From Octopus sinensis (lineage: Eukaryota): 64,000 nt of DNA. Shown here one piece after another: positions 27,348-42,580 of this stretch (its first letter is position 1; each line of letters opens with the position of its first letter). The stretch is taken from assembly GCF_006345805.1 (NCBI RefSeq), contig NC_042997.1, forward strand, positions 6,882,001 to 6,946,000, read 5' to 3'. Made by a program: the position numbers and the translations under genes. Under the pieces are notes generated by a model. That model did no database searches. It had not been told where the DNA came from and worked only from the letters and a program-made list of their open reading frames with translations.

Positions 27348-28271
27348 GACGTTTGTGTCTTTCCGTGTATATATATATATATATATACATACACTCGCAC
27401 ACGTTTTCAAGTTTTAGACCTATTGCTTAAAACAACACAATTACTTTTTTTGCAGAAACCTATATTTTTATTGTATTATCGTTGATAATTTAATCGTGAT
27501 ATAATCCATGTTGTAAAGCCAGAGAGTTCGAACGAGTGTCACAAAGATAAATGAAGGAAAACTATCTAATGTGTTATAGCCAATGCAGTTGCTTACCACC
27601 ATATACCGGAAACCGAGCCGTCTGTTACTACCACAAAATCCTGCTGTCTAAAATTAGAAAATTAGATTTGCTGATGTACTCAAAGACTTGTCACGGTGAA
27701 ATATATTCTCTAAACGCACCTCTCTATATTTCGAGCTTTGTAAAATTTTCTTCATAAAAACAAATAATAGTTTGCTGTTCTAATATATGAAAAGCGTAAC
27801 TATGAACCGCTGCTCGGTATCCGCATCTGATGAAGTGTACTAACGCAGAAACACAATTCTGGTCTCATACAGGGAGCACTTGTGTGCTTTCCAATGTGCA
27901 TAAAGAGAATGTTCTATGTGCAGTTAATATTACTTGCATAATTTCTATCCCTATCGGAATGCATATTTCATATATTTACACATACCTATATTCCATTCAG
28001 TGCTTCATAATAGGTCTCTAATTTTTAGACACACGGGAATATGTCTGTGTTTGTATATAAGAATGCGTGCTTCTGTGTCTGATTTGTGTGCGATTTGTTA
28101 GCGTATAGTTATGCATGTATACATGTGTTATTATTTACATAGTTATACATAGCATTGCGTTTCTATTAAAATAATAACTGACTCTAAGTTAATATATTTG
28201 TAAGTTGATCGTCAACACAAACGCCCACATACAAAGTTATAGACATGTATGTGTGTTTGCATATATATGTA

Positions 28272-28313
<42 letters not shown>

Positions 28314-28371
28314 TACATATGAACATATACATGTATACACGCATACAAACACACACGTATATATACATACA

Positions 28372-28487
<116 letters not shown>

Positions 28488-29654
28488 TAGTCAGTTAGAC
28501 AAATATATGCATAAATAGATAGGTCCATACATATGCGTGTAAATAGAGAGGAAGACAATGAACGGAGGAGATTATGTGTGCAGATAGAAATATTTAGAAA
28601 TGTTCGGTATTCAATAAGATTAATGAGTGAAACTCCATTTCATCATTGGTTTGGAATTGCTATTCCATTCTTGAAGTCATTCACAAGATAATCGAGTTCC
28701 CATTTTATAACGACCGCAATGAGAAAGAAAGATTGAACATAAAATATAATTTATTGTTGTGTAACTTTCATTTATTGTCAAGTGCATCTATAATGGGGGC
28801 CGGTAATGATATTAAAGTGATCGCATAATGTTGGGAATTCGTTTGATTATTATGGAATCAGCAAATGAAAAGGTCTATCACGTATAATTACTTGAAGATG
28901 GTTGTTTCGAAATATATTGCCAAATGTAGCGCTGTTGCAATTTACATTGCTTCGTTGAAGATTTGTATTCAATTCTGTAACTTTAATTAATCAAATAGGT
29001 TTGGCATTAGACAATTTTGATTCATGAAATCTTCCAGGGAATATAATCACTAATTTATACTAATTCACGGTTAAATAATAATGAAATATATATTATTGAA
29101 AATCTATATTAAAATGGAACTAAATTCGTTATATTTACGCACGTGTAGTACTTGTGTGTATACACATGTGCATTCTCTTTCTGTCTCTCTTTCTCTCACT
29201 CACAAACACACACGAACGCTCGCAAAAATACATGCACACACAAACGCACACATTTACGCACACACACACGCACACAAATACATATATGCATATGAACATA
29301 CAGTCTAACGAAGACTAATAAGACGCAACTTCGAATTCACTATCAATATTAATCCTGTAAAACTTTATGAAACGTTTACTTCACACAAATATCTATTTAT
29401 CTAGCTAGCTAACTACCTATCAATCAATTTCACTCTCTCGTTTTTTCACGGTTTTTCTCTCTCTCTGTGCACCATATCTCAGATGAAGGAATACCCAGTG
29501 TATGGAGCTGTTCGTCTATCACCTGGGATATCCCAGGAACGGATATAACATTAATTACATCTACTTATCACTTTTTGAATTGCCTTACTCTAAATATTCT
29601 AAATGACTTGAGATACTCGTCCTGCTTTGGTTTTGTTTCCTCTTCCTTTAATAA

Positions 29655-29790
29655 ATATTTAAGAACACACAGAAATCGTTACTTTCATTTCAACATTTAA
29701 ATTTTATTTGCGCCAAAATATTTTCGTCGCTATGAAACCACGATCTGTTCACTGACAAAACTCCGTGCAACATGAAGCTTTGTCAGTGAA
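29655..29790 (+). repeat. Copy of the 47781-48418 repeat family, with short fold-back
   Basis: atttaagaacacac...caaaatattttcgtcgct...gatctgttcactgacaaa; inverted arms 29748-29762 / 29776-29790. Confidence 0.75.
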
Positions 29791-30709
29791 GTGTTTTAAC
29801 TCTTGTTTCTAGTAATATAGTAGCTACACAGCATCCTCAGTTACAATTGAGACGATTGAACTTTTTCCTTTTTTGTTCTATATTGCGATTAATAACTATA
29901 TGATTTTGTGTCAGTGTGCATGTGTGTATAATAGATATATGTGTGTGTGTGACCGTGTATGTCTTTGTAAGTATACATTGTGTATATTGTTATGTATATG
30001 TTTACATGAGCAACGAAGATTTGAGCACCACATATATTTAAATCACATGTGACTACCGCCGCTTCCTTTCACTAACTGGTTCATAAGTCACGACAGATAT
30101 TAATCTATCCTTGTCTTTCGGTCATTATTTTTTTCTGTTCCCTCTGCCAAATAGTCCTCTGTTCGTTCTTTAGAACTCGTATACACTTCAATCTTTTCTT
30201 CATCTTCTTCGAATATCCATCATTTCAAAATAGATAAATAGAGAAGTTTCAGCTACTTTCATATCATACTGCATTAATTGTTTACTTGAACAATGTACTT
30301 TGCTTAATATATATACAAGCATTTACACTCTTCAAAATATTTACATCTCAAATGTTTCACATGCACTTAATGATTCTGTTTTCATACTCATAAAACCGAA
30401 GCTAAATCTACTATATCACACCTACCGTCTAAATATAATCACCGTACTAGTGACATTAAATTTATGACACACAAATGCAATGCATATTATTAAACATCTC
30501 TCGCAATTAAGGAGACCAATATCTACAATTTTATCTGTAGGCATCTCCAGATGATAAAAGCATGAAGAATAACATGATACACTTATGAAATATTATAGTG
30601 TTACAGGAAGGTAAATTTACGCATTTTCAATTAAGATTTAGTCACTTAGAGAATATTTAACAAATACATGAATTATAGACCACTAGTTAGCTTCTTGCAA
30701 CAACGTTAG

Positions 30710-30825
30710 TTGACGGTGATGATGATGACGACGACGACGATGACGGCGACGAGGAATAATAGTAATAATAACAACAACAACAACAACAGCAATAACAATA
30801 ATAATAATAACAACAATAATAATAA

Positions 30826-30864
<39 letters not shown>

Positions 30865-30880
30865 CAGCAGCAGCAACAGC

Positions 30881-30928
<48 letters not shown>

Positions 30929-30952
30929 TGTAGTAATAATGATAATAATAAT
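30710..30952. repeat. Compound (GAT)/(AAT)/(AAC)/(AGT) microsatellite
   Basis: Direct inspection. Confidence 0.95.
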
Positions 30953-31870
30953 ACAGTCCCTACAAGGAATAGAATTACCGAATAGAGACTTGATTAAACA
31001 AATTCAAACAAAAGGATAGAAATACCTTGCTGTACTGGAGTTCAACGAGATTAACGGAAACGAAATGAAAGAGCAACTGAGGATGGTGTTTTTCCGAAGA
31101 CAGAGGTTGGTGTGCGCTCAGTATGGAGCGGGAATTACGAAATGGCAATATAAAGAAATGAAGAAAATTGATACCAAGACCAGAAAGATGTTGCCAGTAC
31201 ACGAAACCTTCCATCCTAAGAGCGACACCGACTGTACTTATCTAGATGTAAGGTTGGGAAAGATTTGATCAGTTGCCAGGAATGTATCATCGCAGAGGAA
31301 AACAGCCTAGTGTGGTGTATAAAAAATTCCATGGAACCACTGCTGAAACACACGAAGAAGGCCGGCATCGTCAAAGCTCAAATGTGTGTAACTAAAGAAA
31401 GGTTTAAACAAGAAATTAACATAAAAAGGTCATGGAGAGAAACGAAAATAAATAGTGAATTTGAAAGAGATGTGAACATCAAGGCAGATACAGAGGACTA
31501 GTGTCTATGGATGAGGAGAGGTGACCTGAAGATAGAGACAGAATCACTCATATGTGCAACCCAGGAAAAAGCTACATGAAGTGCAGAATAGACAACACAA
31601 CTGATAGCAAAAATTGCAGCAACTGTGGTGAGAGGGGTGAAGCGGTATGGCACATAGTTAGCGAATGCCTGAAATTGGCACAACGCGAATACAAAAGATG
31701 CCATGAAAATGAGTCAAGAATGATCCTTTGGGAGCTCTGTGGAAATCACGACCTACAAAGAGCAAAGACATGGTATGAGCAAACTCCAGAAGGAGTCACC
31801 GGAAATGAGAAGTGCGAAATCCTGAGTGATGCAATGATCGTGTGCGACAACCTGACTAAACATAGGATAC
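30953..31870 (+). mobile_element. R4/Dong-like retrotransposon fragment (post-RT region and CCHC knuckle)
   Basis: YGAGITKW...IDTKTRK...HPKSDTD; CIIAEENSL; CSNCGERGEAVWHIVSECLKLAQREYKRCH...WELC...WYEQTPEGV...NEKCEIL.D; frameshifted. Confidence 0.85.
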
Positions 31871-34800
31871 CGGCACTTTATTTTGACGACCACGGAAGCA
31901 AGACCCATACATCGGAAGTTCATGTGCTCAGCACAATTGTAGTGAAATAAAAGTTGTTGACAATTTAGTGTGCCTCAACGTCCATATATGCAATATGACG
32001 ATATTTTGACAGGTGGAAAGATCAATACTCGTATATTGTCTTTAGTGAAAACAGAATAGACTATTGCATATTTTGTTTTAAAATAGAGATTGAAAAAATG
32101 CTGAATTTTTGAGGAAGAAAGTGTTTTGTTCCTCGAGTATAGTATTTCAACGTGGACTCGCAGTGCATGTGTCCATGTTAGTTTAAAGCACCTTAATATT
32201 TATTTGCGACATTACCATATATGATCACGACGGTGATGTTTGTGGCTAAGAAACTGTTCAGGAGGAGCGTTGCCATACCTATACAATGTTGTGCAGAAAT
32301 TAAATTATACAACCATTCGAATGCGATTACTCATGAAATGGAGATAGGAGGTTGTACAAATTTCACCAAAATCGGATTGGTGTTCAGGTAATGTCATAAT
32401 GAAAAATTCTCATTGTATCTAGGTCTGTAGTATTTTTTTTATGGTTTTATGTAATAAGTTAAATCCACTAAGCAAGAAAACACATAAAATTAAATCACTA
32501 AACTAATCAGGCAAGTGGTAAATTTTAACGCATAACTAAAATCTTTTGCATACAGTCTACCAGATTCAATGGCCCTGAAATGCAAATAAAGACAGATTAC
32601 ATAATATATTTATATCACGATCAACATGCAGGCTACATATCTAAAATGAAAAATTCAAAATATTTATAAAAAAAAAAATAAAGGGAAAAGTAATCACGAA
32701 AGGCTAACGTAAATATTGAGCACGAATGAATGAAGAAGTCTAAATGAAAAACATGGCCAATAAATTGAATATTGGAAATTCTGCACGTAGCAATTTAACA
32801 AATTGCATATCTGAATATATAGATTTAATAACTTTATTACAAAATGAGCAGAATATGTGTAAATATGAAAACGTTGTAGACATGAATAACAAGCGTACGA
32901 AATTTGATTTATTGATACACTATAAATATTGCACAATACATCTTGCACGCGTATTCGTTACATATAGCATTTGAAATATCCGAGATTGCAAAATATCACT
33001 TTATTGCGAGAAAATACCACATACAAATTAAAGTTGATGGAAGTTGTTCATATCCATTATTTATTAACATTTGCTTTAAAAAAGAAAGGAATATATAGGT
33101 AGGGAAACAGTGAGGCTCATAACACATACTCAGCGAAACAATGCATTATAAGAAAATCTGTATGCAAATAATGTACAAAAAATCATACTGTTGGTGTTGA
33201 AAATATAAGAAAATGAAATGTTTATGGAAGGGGACCAAATAACGGATAACATGTAGTACATGTAACCATTCCTTTCCCTCATGAATAGTATTGTGTGTCA
33301 CGTGTGTACATTTAGAATATACAGTTGTACATATCGATCAGCTTCCGTGTTGATATCCTGATTATTTTGCTTTCATTTTAAATCAGGTTCAATAATTTGC
33401 GCTACCAGAAATATATCCGCGCATGAATTTACATAACTTCATTGGCCAAGATCCAGCATGTAGGTGAAATGCAGATGAAAGTCATGTGATGCCAACAACT
33501 TATATTCGAGGATGAAATGTTACTTGTTGTAGAAAATTCTCATACAATGCTAGCAAAAAATGGAGCTTATTTCTAGATGATCGAATATTCTTATATGACT
33601 TCATAGAGTATGGTGGACAAAAGCAATTACTTGGAGCTCATACATGATATGAGAAACGGAAAAAAATATTTTGTAGGATGTCTGTTCGGATTACACAAAT
33701 GATTAATTTATATGGGCTGAAATATGTACAGTATAATTATAATTATAAACGTATTGTCTTTCATTCTGCATTCCATATAAATCAACAAATTAAATACCGA
33801 TTAGATGAGAACTCGTATTCAATTCTACCTTAATATGGATATTTTCCGTGGAAAATGCCTCAAACTATAATGTAATATATCCCAGAACTGGCATTCTCGA
33901 TACCGAATATTTGCAACAATTACTATAACCAATGAGCTTAGGTTTAAAATCGTACAACCAATGATGACACCAACCGTTACCACTTCTCAAAAAATACTTC
34001 TCAACAGTGAATCGACTGAAAATAATATTCTTTAATAAAATATTGTCTTTTAGGTTCGAATTAGCAAAATGGTAAAAACTATAAATATTCAATGCATTGA
34101 GAAGCCGAGTAATCATAATAAAGTAGATAAATCCATAAACCAAATATATTTTATTTTCATTGAATAAGGTAGAATGAATGAATATTCGGCTTACTTGGGC
34201 AACTGGATGAGAACTGCAACACTTCAGAAAAGATCCACTATTGAGGACAAATTGACAAATTATCGTTCTAGCTTTGCATACAATTTTTGTCTTTGATAAT
34301 GCGGGCCTTAGAAAATCTAACAAGAATTTGACACTATTCATTAGAGATGCAATGGATTGATTTGTTAGTATTTTGTGTGTCTTCTTAGTCGAAATTAAGC
34401 TTGCAAAATTGCATTATATGCTATACAAGCAGTTGAATGTCCTTATAGCTTGTGTGTGTACCTCAAGGAAATATTTCGAATGACTGCACGTTAAAAGCAC
34501 TTCAGGAAACTCCTTCAATACAGATAATATTGAATATGCATAAGCAAAAGCACTCTTACAAATACGTTTGCAGTTATCATCCATAGTCACACTCACGTAT
34601 TTATATGTATGTATCTCTCTCTCTCTCACACATACACACATATACACTCTCTCTCACTCTCTGACGTACACTGTTTCTCTCCCACACTCTCTTTCAGCAT
34701 ATGTGTGCGTGTTTGTGTGTGTATGTATGTGAATCTGTCTACCTATATACATATAATGATTGACTGTAATTATGTGTTTGCTTGTTTGTATAAATGTATG

Positions 34801-36289
34801 ATTATGTATAATCATGCGAACACACTTGTATACAAACTGCGCATACAAGTAATATCACATGCAAGATCAAATGAATACGCATTTGTGTGTGCTTGTATTT
34901 TCTCTTTATATATCCGTTCATATATGCCTTATAGCGCTAAAGGAATATCGTGGTAATTGGAAAGCATTTAACTTTTAATGTAGATTTAAAGATATCTTGA
35001 TATTTGAAGATGTACTTGAGTACTTCCCTCTGGCCTATTCCACGCCCTTATTTAATATTTGTCACATGTGAAGTGCACTGAAGCTAAGCGCTCCGTGCAG
35101 TGTATTTTAGTATTAAGCAAATTATACATATATTCTTTTAAATATAAAGCAAGCCAGTATATTATAGCTAACGCATTGAAAGGGTTTGTTATGTATTTCC
35201 TGAAGGAAATGATCTAAACTTATCATCAAATTTGCACTGAATTTTATACATCAAAATTTTAATTTATGGAATTTAACATAGAAATCTGACCAAAATTTCC
35301 TTCTCTATTTAGTCCACAGTTAAAGGTAAAATAAGGAATTGTATCTTACACCTGCAGTTGTCTTTAAGGAAATTAATACTTTATGGAAGATTTGAGCATA
35401 AGAACAGACTTGCCATGAAACATTACCTCTATTAGATTCATAGTTATCTAGACTCTCTGGTTTCTGTGTCGTACCATTCAAAATATTTTGAACTGCATGT
35501 AGTAAGTTTTGTATATTGAATGTGGTAACATATCGCGGTGAATTGTCGCAAGATGAATATGCAAACGGAATCTGTAGCTAATTATATTTTCCTATTCCTC
35601 TCAAAAGGTTTACGTAGTCTAAAAAACACCTGAAGGTATTTTGTCTCTTAAACTAATTATAATAATAATTTAACAAACGAAGCAAATTATATTCAGTTAA
35701 TTTCTCGTTCCTACGACGCTAATTTCAGATAATTTCAGATGATTTCTCGTTCCTACGACGCGATAACACAGCTCTCTGGTTTTCCAAGCGAAGACGAAAA
35801 ATTAATTTTTTGTAGTCAAGTGACTGTTTATATCGTAGGCATTGTGATTTTGGTGCCCTTTTTATTGTGTGAACGAACTACAAATACTACTTACTATTGT
35901 CCACGTGTCGAGTTGGTTCACGCTGGAAGTCCGTGTTAGTTACACAACGTAAAATATTTTTCTCAACGATTAGTGTTATCTTTCATGTTTGAAAGGTGTT
36001 GTTAGTGTTAAATGTTGTTGAAAATATCTTAAAAGATTTTGTGTGATCCTTTTGTTTTGTCTACCTTTTTGTGGATTTTTTTTACCATTTTCCCCTTGGC
36101 TTGAGGGGGAGAGCGTTGTGTTAGTATGTAGTCTTATTTTGACATAGAATTATCTCCGGAGGAATTGCTGGGATGCATTGATAGCACCAACAAGATGAAG
36201 GGAGAAAATTTTTTTTGCAACAATGGCTGGTAATTCGAGAGGGAAAGTATAAACAAGTAAGGACGAGTTGGAGAAATTGAATGATTTAA

Positions 36290-36900
36290 TAAGAGAAGCG
36301 CACGAAATTGTTCTGAACCCGCCAAAGGATGTAAGCCATTGAGTAAAAGAAAATGAACAATTGTGGATAAAGCGTTTGATTTGGAAGAGAAAAGGATGGC
36401 GATTGTAACAAAGGAAAAAAATAGAAAATTATGTGAAAGACATATGGAGCGACATCACGTTACTAGAAGAAGCAAGTAGACCACAGTGGAGGTGCAGTTT
36501 AAAGAAGGAGAAAGGACCAAGTATTATTCTATGGTCTCCAGAAATACGGTGGAGGTAGTGTTCTCCCAACTCACATGAGAGACGTACTTTCAGAGTAACG
36601 GTGGAGGAGATACCGCCGGAAGTGGAGGTTGGCTGCATTGTGGCAGCTATTATAATATGGATGGCGGATGAAATATCCAATCTCCAAATTATCAAAATCC
36701 CGCAAAGCAACTAGCAAGTGCAAGAAATTGAAATGATCATCCAGGTCTCCCCAGAAGTGCTAGTGAACAAAGTTGACATCATTTGGATAGGCCAAGAGAG
36801 TGAATTCAGGGTGTTAGTGGAGGGCAGGAAATTTTGATGTTTCATGCGTGATCAAAAAGGCCATATTGGAGTAGACTGCCCTCCACTATCTGCAGTAACA
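36290..36900 (+). pseudogene. L1/Tx1-like ORF1 remnant with CCHC zinc knuckle
   Basis: RVTVEEIPPEV...RVLVEGRKF*CFMRDQKGHIGVDCP = CX2(C>R)X4HX4C; stops and frameshifts. Confidence 0.5.
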
Positions 36901-36989
36901 CTGCTATTTTCCCTGGCGAAAAATTAACAGCACTTTCCCTGACTGAAGGATCGAAAAACGTGGAGAAACAAGAGACAGCGAACAGCACT

Positions 36990-37055
36990 TGTTTTATCAA
37001 CCCCGAGAGGACAAAAGACAAAGTCGACCTCGGCGGAATTTCAGTAATAATAATA
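36990..37055 (-). mobile_element. SINE family 2 fragment
   Basis: Minus strand aattccgccgaggtcgactttgtcttttgtcctctcggggttgataaa. Confidence 0.7.
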
Positions 37056-37454
37056 ATAATAATTATCCTGATGCAGTACCAGACACTGGCTCTCATGGTT
37101 TCTTATCTTCACTGATTGGAAGTGTTATCGCGTACATGATTTGTCTTGGTATAAAAGATAAGCAACAGCAAATATTCTACTCAATACCACAGATTTACCT
37201 GTCAATTGTTTGAACCTAACCAGAGGGAAATGTCCTTTATTAGCTGGCAATATATGCGCCTCTGATCACTAACAGATGTAGTGGTGGAGAACGATAGCTA
37301 TGTAGTGACAAGAATTCTTTGGGGTTTGAATAATTCACCTTTGGAAACATTTGTTCAACATACTTAAAGAGGCCTCATTCAGGGTCCGTGCGAATGGTAT
37401 GAGCTACTCAACCCGTTCTTTACCCTGTAATGAGATCACCATGTTGGTTGTTAA

Positions 37455-37528
37455 TAATGATGATGATAATAATAATAACAATAATAATAATAATAATAAT
37501 AGTAATAGTAATAATAATAATAATAATA

Positions 37529-37571
<43 letters not shown>

Positions 37572-37584
37572 AATGATAATGATA

Positions 37585-37669
<85 letters not shown>
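37455..37669. repeat. (AAT)n microsatellite
   Basis: Direct inspection. Confidence 0.95.
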
Positions 37670-38026
37670 CGGCAGATGACAACGTGTCTCTAAAAGAAAT
37701 GGAGAAACTCTCAAAATACAAAGACCTGGAAATAGAGGTAACTAGAATGTGGAATCTGAAAACAGAAACAATTCCTATCATAGTAGGTGCATTAGGCATG
37801 ATAAAAATATATTCAGACAAATACATAACAAAAACACCAGGACTTACAAACACATATAACATACAGAAAATTGCACTACTAGGCACTGCACACATCCTAC
37901 GCAGAACACTTTCCATACAATAACCATCAGAGCATCACAACAAATCACAGCACATACCCAAGGCACACAGAGCTGCGCTCGGTAGTGAAGTGAAAGCACG
38001 CTATAAAAATAAAAATAAAACTACTG
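37670..38026 (+). mobile_element. R4/Dong-like retrotransposon 3' end (REL endonuclease C-terminus and 3'UTR)
   Basis: KEMEKLSKYKDLEIEVTRMWNLKTETIPIIVGALG...IQKIALLGTAHILRRTLSIQ*; (AAT)n on both sides. Confidence 0.9.
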
Positions 38027-38269
38027 AATAATAATAATAATAATAATAATGATAATAATAATAGTAATAATCGATTGAAATTTATGCTCAAGGCCAGCAA
38101 ATTGTTTTTGTGTACTTGCATCTAATTTTATCGACAGCGAAGGGAATATGAATTAAGATCGTGCAGACTTAAAGGAATCTTAGAGAGCATGAACGTGAAG
38201 GTTAGTCCCTTAGTTTGGCTGTAATCTTCAACTGTGTAATTACGGTAATTTTGGGCATAAAGGGATTAA

Positions 38270-38600
38270 AACCATCCCCTTTGTTCGTGTTCCATAGTTC
38301 TCAGCAGCACCACCATGCATGATTCATCACAAGACTGTAATTTCCATTCTCTCTTTCCAGTTTCAGGATACAAATGCAAGGATACTCCCGAACCAGCATG
38401 TGGTATATGACGCTTGGCAAGCCATCTAGCTTCACCGAATTCTCCGTCGTACTGACTGTTATCTTTTCCTCTATTTCATCCGCTGTTATCGGCTTTTCCT
38501 AAAACCCTGTATCCCCAATCGAGAGCCGTTTTTGTAGGTAGTCAATAATGTCCATCAGCTCGTCTGGGAACGCCAATAAAATGACTTGCCAATTACCCAT
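38270..38600 (-). pseudogene. L1/Tx1-like ORF2 fragment (pre-RT region)
   Basis: Minus-strand EKPITADEIEE...SVKLDGLP resembles 'pit..Ei...l.....KSPG.DGLP'; heavily decayed. Confidence 0.4.
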
Positions 38601-39889
38601 GGAAAGCTACACACACCCGTTTGAAACTGAGCAGCATTTGTACGTTCTGATCATTCCGACAGTATTGTGACTGAGTTGTAACATGGTTCGCTTGTAACAT
38701 GGTTTTCCATTTCGTTCTTCACTTTCCCAAGTATCATGTAATATCCTGTCTAGAATTTACTATTAAAATTTCCGTACTAAACATCATAAACTCTAATAGT
38801 CCTCTCTAAGGATAGATACCATCGTTTGATGACGAACGCCTCCATCGCCTGCACTTAATTGACTCGATGGTCTATTTGCTTCATGCCAAAATCTCCCCGA
38901 AGGGCATTTTCATATTCCAGTAGCAGTCGTGATTCTGTCGAAGTATCCTTTTCATAATACTGGGAGTTGTAGATAAGTTGATTCTTGCGTTATTAATGGT
39001 GTTGTATTCGTATTGGTTGCGTCGGTTGTATTGGCACTGCGTGGGTGCTGTAGTTAATTTTATAATTTACTTCTCCCTTTATCAATGTTGTTGTGACAGA
39101 CACCAGTGTTGTTACGATTCATGTTGTTGCTATGGTGTTTCTCTCTGCACTTTTGTCATTGTTATCGTCTTCGTCGTCGCCATTGATATAGTTATTTCCA
39201 TTTCTGCTGTTTTAGAGTAGTGTTGGTTATGGCGATTGTGTTGGTGTCACTGACAACGTCCATTCCTTTTTTTTACCATTGTTGTTATTGCCATTGCGTT
39301 AGTTGATTTTGTTGCTGTTGTTTGCATTAGTTTCTTTTACTTTGATCTACAGAGTCGGCATTAAGATTATTGATGAGAGCGGAAAGAATGGTGAGGCCTT
39401 AGACATGAAACACAGAAGAAAAATGTATGTTACAATGTATAGTCAACTTCCTCCTGTGCCTTCTCAAATATTTCCACATATTTGTATACCCAGAGAAATA
39501 CTTTACAAATTCCCAACCGAGTGCAGAACCAAAATGAGAGTTAGAAGTTCATGACGATAGTAATCCTGTTCAGTTTTGTAACCAAGTAGGAAAAAAAAGC
39601 AATTTCAAAGTTTTAATTTAAACACAGTTAAACAGTCAATACGTACTAGTGATTTCAATGGCCGCCTAAAGATAGATGAAAAGTATAATTACAAAACAAA
39701 ATATCAATCATAATAATACAAATGATAATAGTTTTGAAGTTATAAATAATGTTATTTATATAATTTATTTTTCACATATTGCATCATTAATAAGCTTTTG
39801 TTTCACAAAAGATATATTTTTATAAAGTTGGTTTCCCTCTATGAGCAAATATTCACCATTGAGCAATAGTATAGTAAAACAACTAATAA

Positions 39890-40750
<861 letters not shown>

Positions 40751-41066
40751 TTGGGAGTAAAAAAAAGGACAGAATAAATGATAAACAAATTCTGATATAG
40801 TTCAGTAATCTTAGTATTATGTATCGATTGATCTATAAATTGATTATAGCAGTTTTCATTCTCTTGTATTTAATGGTATACTTCCTTTTCCCTGTTTCAG
40901 ATTTATTTCACGAGATTTCTCATACCATTTCCATTTTGATAAATGTCCCAATACATTCACGTTTCACAATTCTTTCGATATTAGTCCCGTGTTTTTTTAT
41001 TTAAATATAGCCCTGCATCCTTCCTGTCCTCTACCTACAGGCCGCCTCACGTAGTGTCATTCCTGC

Positions 41067-41069
<3 letters not shown>

Positions 41070-41150
<81 letters not shown>

Positions 41151-41216
41151 TATATATATTATATATATATATATATATATACATACATATACATATATAC
41201 ATGTATATATATACAC

Positions 41217-41247
<31 letters not shown>

Positions 41248-41298
41248 TACACATATATATACATATATTTATATGCATATATACATATATATACATAC

Positions 41299-41371
<73 letters not shown>

Positions 41372-41395
41372 ATATATACATATATCTACATATAT
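41070..41395. repeat. Interrupted (TA)n microsatellite
   Basis: Direct inspection. Confidence 0.95.
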
Positions 41396-41399
41396 ACAA

Positions 41400-41555
41400 T
41401 TCCATGCAGGTCGACTTTGCCTTTCATCCTTTCGGAGTCGATAAATTAAGTACTAGGTACTAACTAATTTGATGTAATCGACTTAATCCCTTTCTCTGTC
41501 CTTGTTTGTTCCCTCTATGTTGAGCCCCTTGTGGGCAATAAAGAAATAAGGAGTC
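41400..41555 (+). mobile_element. SINE family 2 3' part
   Basis: aggtcgactttgcctttcatcctttcggagtcgataaattaagtac...gatgtaatcgact. Confidence 0.75.
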
Positions 41556-41564
41556 CTCTTGTAA

Positions 41565-42127
41565 GGTACTCCGTCTGCTGCCAACCCCCGCTAAAGTTTG
41601 AGCTAGGGAAGCCTTGGCTCTTGATGTGCGATGTGCAGACTTGCGCTCAGGCTGAGGCATCTGTGGTTCTACCTGGATGATGACCATGTGTGATCCGTTC
41701 GGTCGCTCCTTACTTCCTGAAATTATTAGTGTGAGTGAATTAGGGACTTTGATCAAGTGTAGACCAAAGTTGGAAGCAAGGCTATCAGAGTGACAAACGG
41801 CACTGAAGTTTCTCTGTCATACGGGCAACATCAGCGGTGGGGTACCACCCCATCTTTCTGTAGAAGGTTTGTAAAGGCTAAATGTGACGACAACCGGAGG
41901 GAGATTCTAGGTTTTCATGAGGATGAAATAACAGTCTGGAGGACATTCGGAACAAGACCCTTGCATGAATTTCAAAGATCCCTGGCCTGGAAGTGTTACC
42001 GAGGAGTTTACCAGTTTGCCATAAACTCGCAAGGCATGGTGCCACTAATGCACCCACGAGCCCAAGATGCGAGCAGGACAAGGAAACCGTTCTCCACACG
42101 ATTGTGCAATGCCCCGAAATCTCTGAG
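41565..42127 (+). pseudogene. L1/Tx1-like ORF2 C-terminal zinc-finger fragment
   Basis: FQRSLAWKCYRG then (frameshift) LPVCHKLARHG...PRCEQDKETVLHTIVQCPEISEKW. Confidence 0.75.
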
Positions 42128-42129
42128 AA

Positions 42130-42280
42130 ATGGGTGGAACAAGTATAGTGTTATTGGACGCTCAGGAAAGGAAAGACAGAAGGAGGATTTAACATTTCGA
42201 TCAGAAATCTTCGTCAGAATCATAGAAAAATGAAAGGTCCAAAGAAGGGAAGACGGATAAAGGAAAACGCCAACGATACA
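42130..42280 (-). mobile_element. PLE-type terminal repeat, hammerhead family a (diverged)
   Basis: Homologous to 3866-4055; motif at 42186-42221, minus strand gatt CTGACGA A GATT tct GATC GAAA TGT T aaat. Confidence 0.7.
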
Positions 42281-42289
42281 CACACGGTC

Positions 42290-42500
42290 ATATATATATA
42301 TAACGGGAAGCTTTATGAAAATAAACAAAAGACGAAGGCAGGTGGAGTACAAACAAACAATTGTATTAGTATGGCGCTCAGGAATATAAATAAAACAAGT
42401 CTTTTACGTTTCGAGCCTACGCTCTTCAACAGAAAGATACAGAGAAAAGAAACACGGAAAGAAACAAGGAGAGAAAAAATGCGTGCAGAAGCTAGCGAAT
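42290..42500 (-). mobile_element. PLE-type terminal repeat, hammerhead family b
   Basis: Reverse-complement homologue of 52550-52733; motif at 42400-42437, minus strand tcttt CTGTTGA A GAGC gtag GCTC GAAA CGT A aaaga. Confidence 0.75.
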
Positions 42501-42537
42501 CAACATGGCGATATATATATAGCGTATCAACATGGCG

Positions 42538-42580
<43 letters not shown>

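Noticed and set aside
27827-27855. CTGATGA...GAAAC spacing resembling a hammerhead (similar case at 19209-19236)
   Set aside because: No convincing stems I and III; expected by chance.
33865-34341. 158-aa minus-strand ORF as a single-exon gene
   Set aside because: No recognisable motif and AT-rich random-like composition; at most it contains one candidate exon.
35700-35761. 20-bp direct repeat pair as a CRISPR-like or regulatory array
   Set aside because: Only two units with an internally duplicated spacer; a local slippage duplication.
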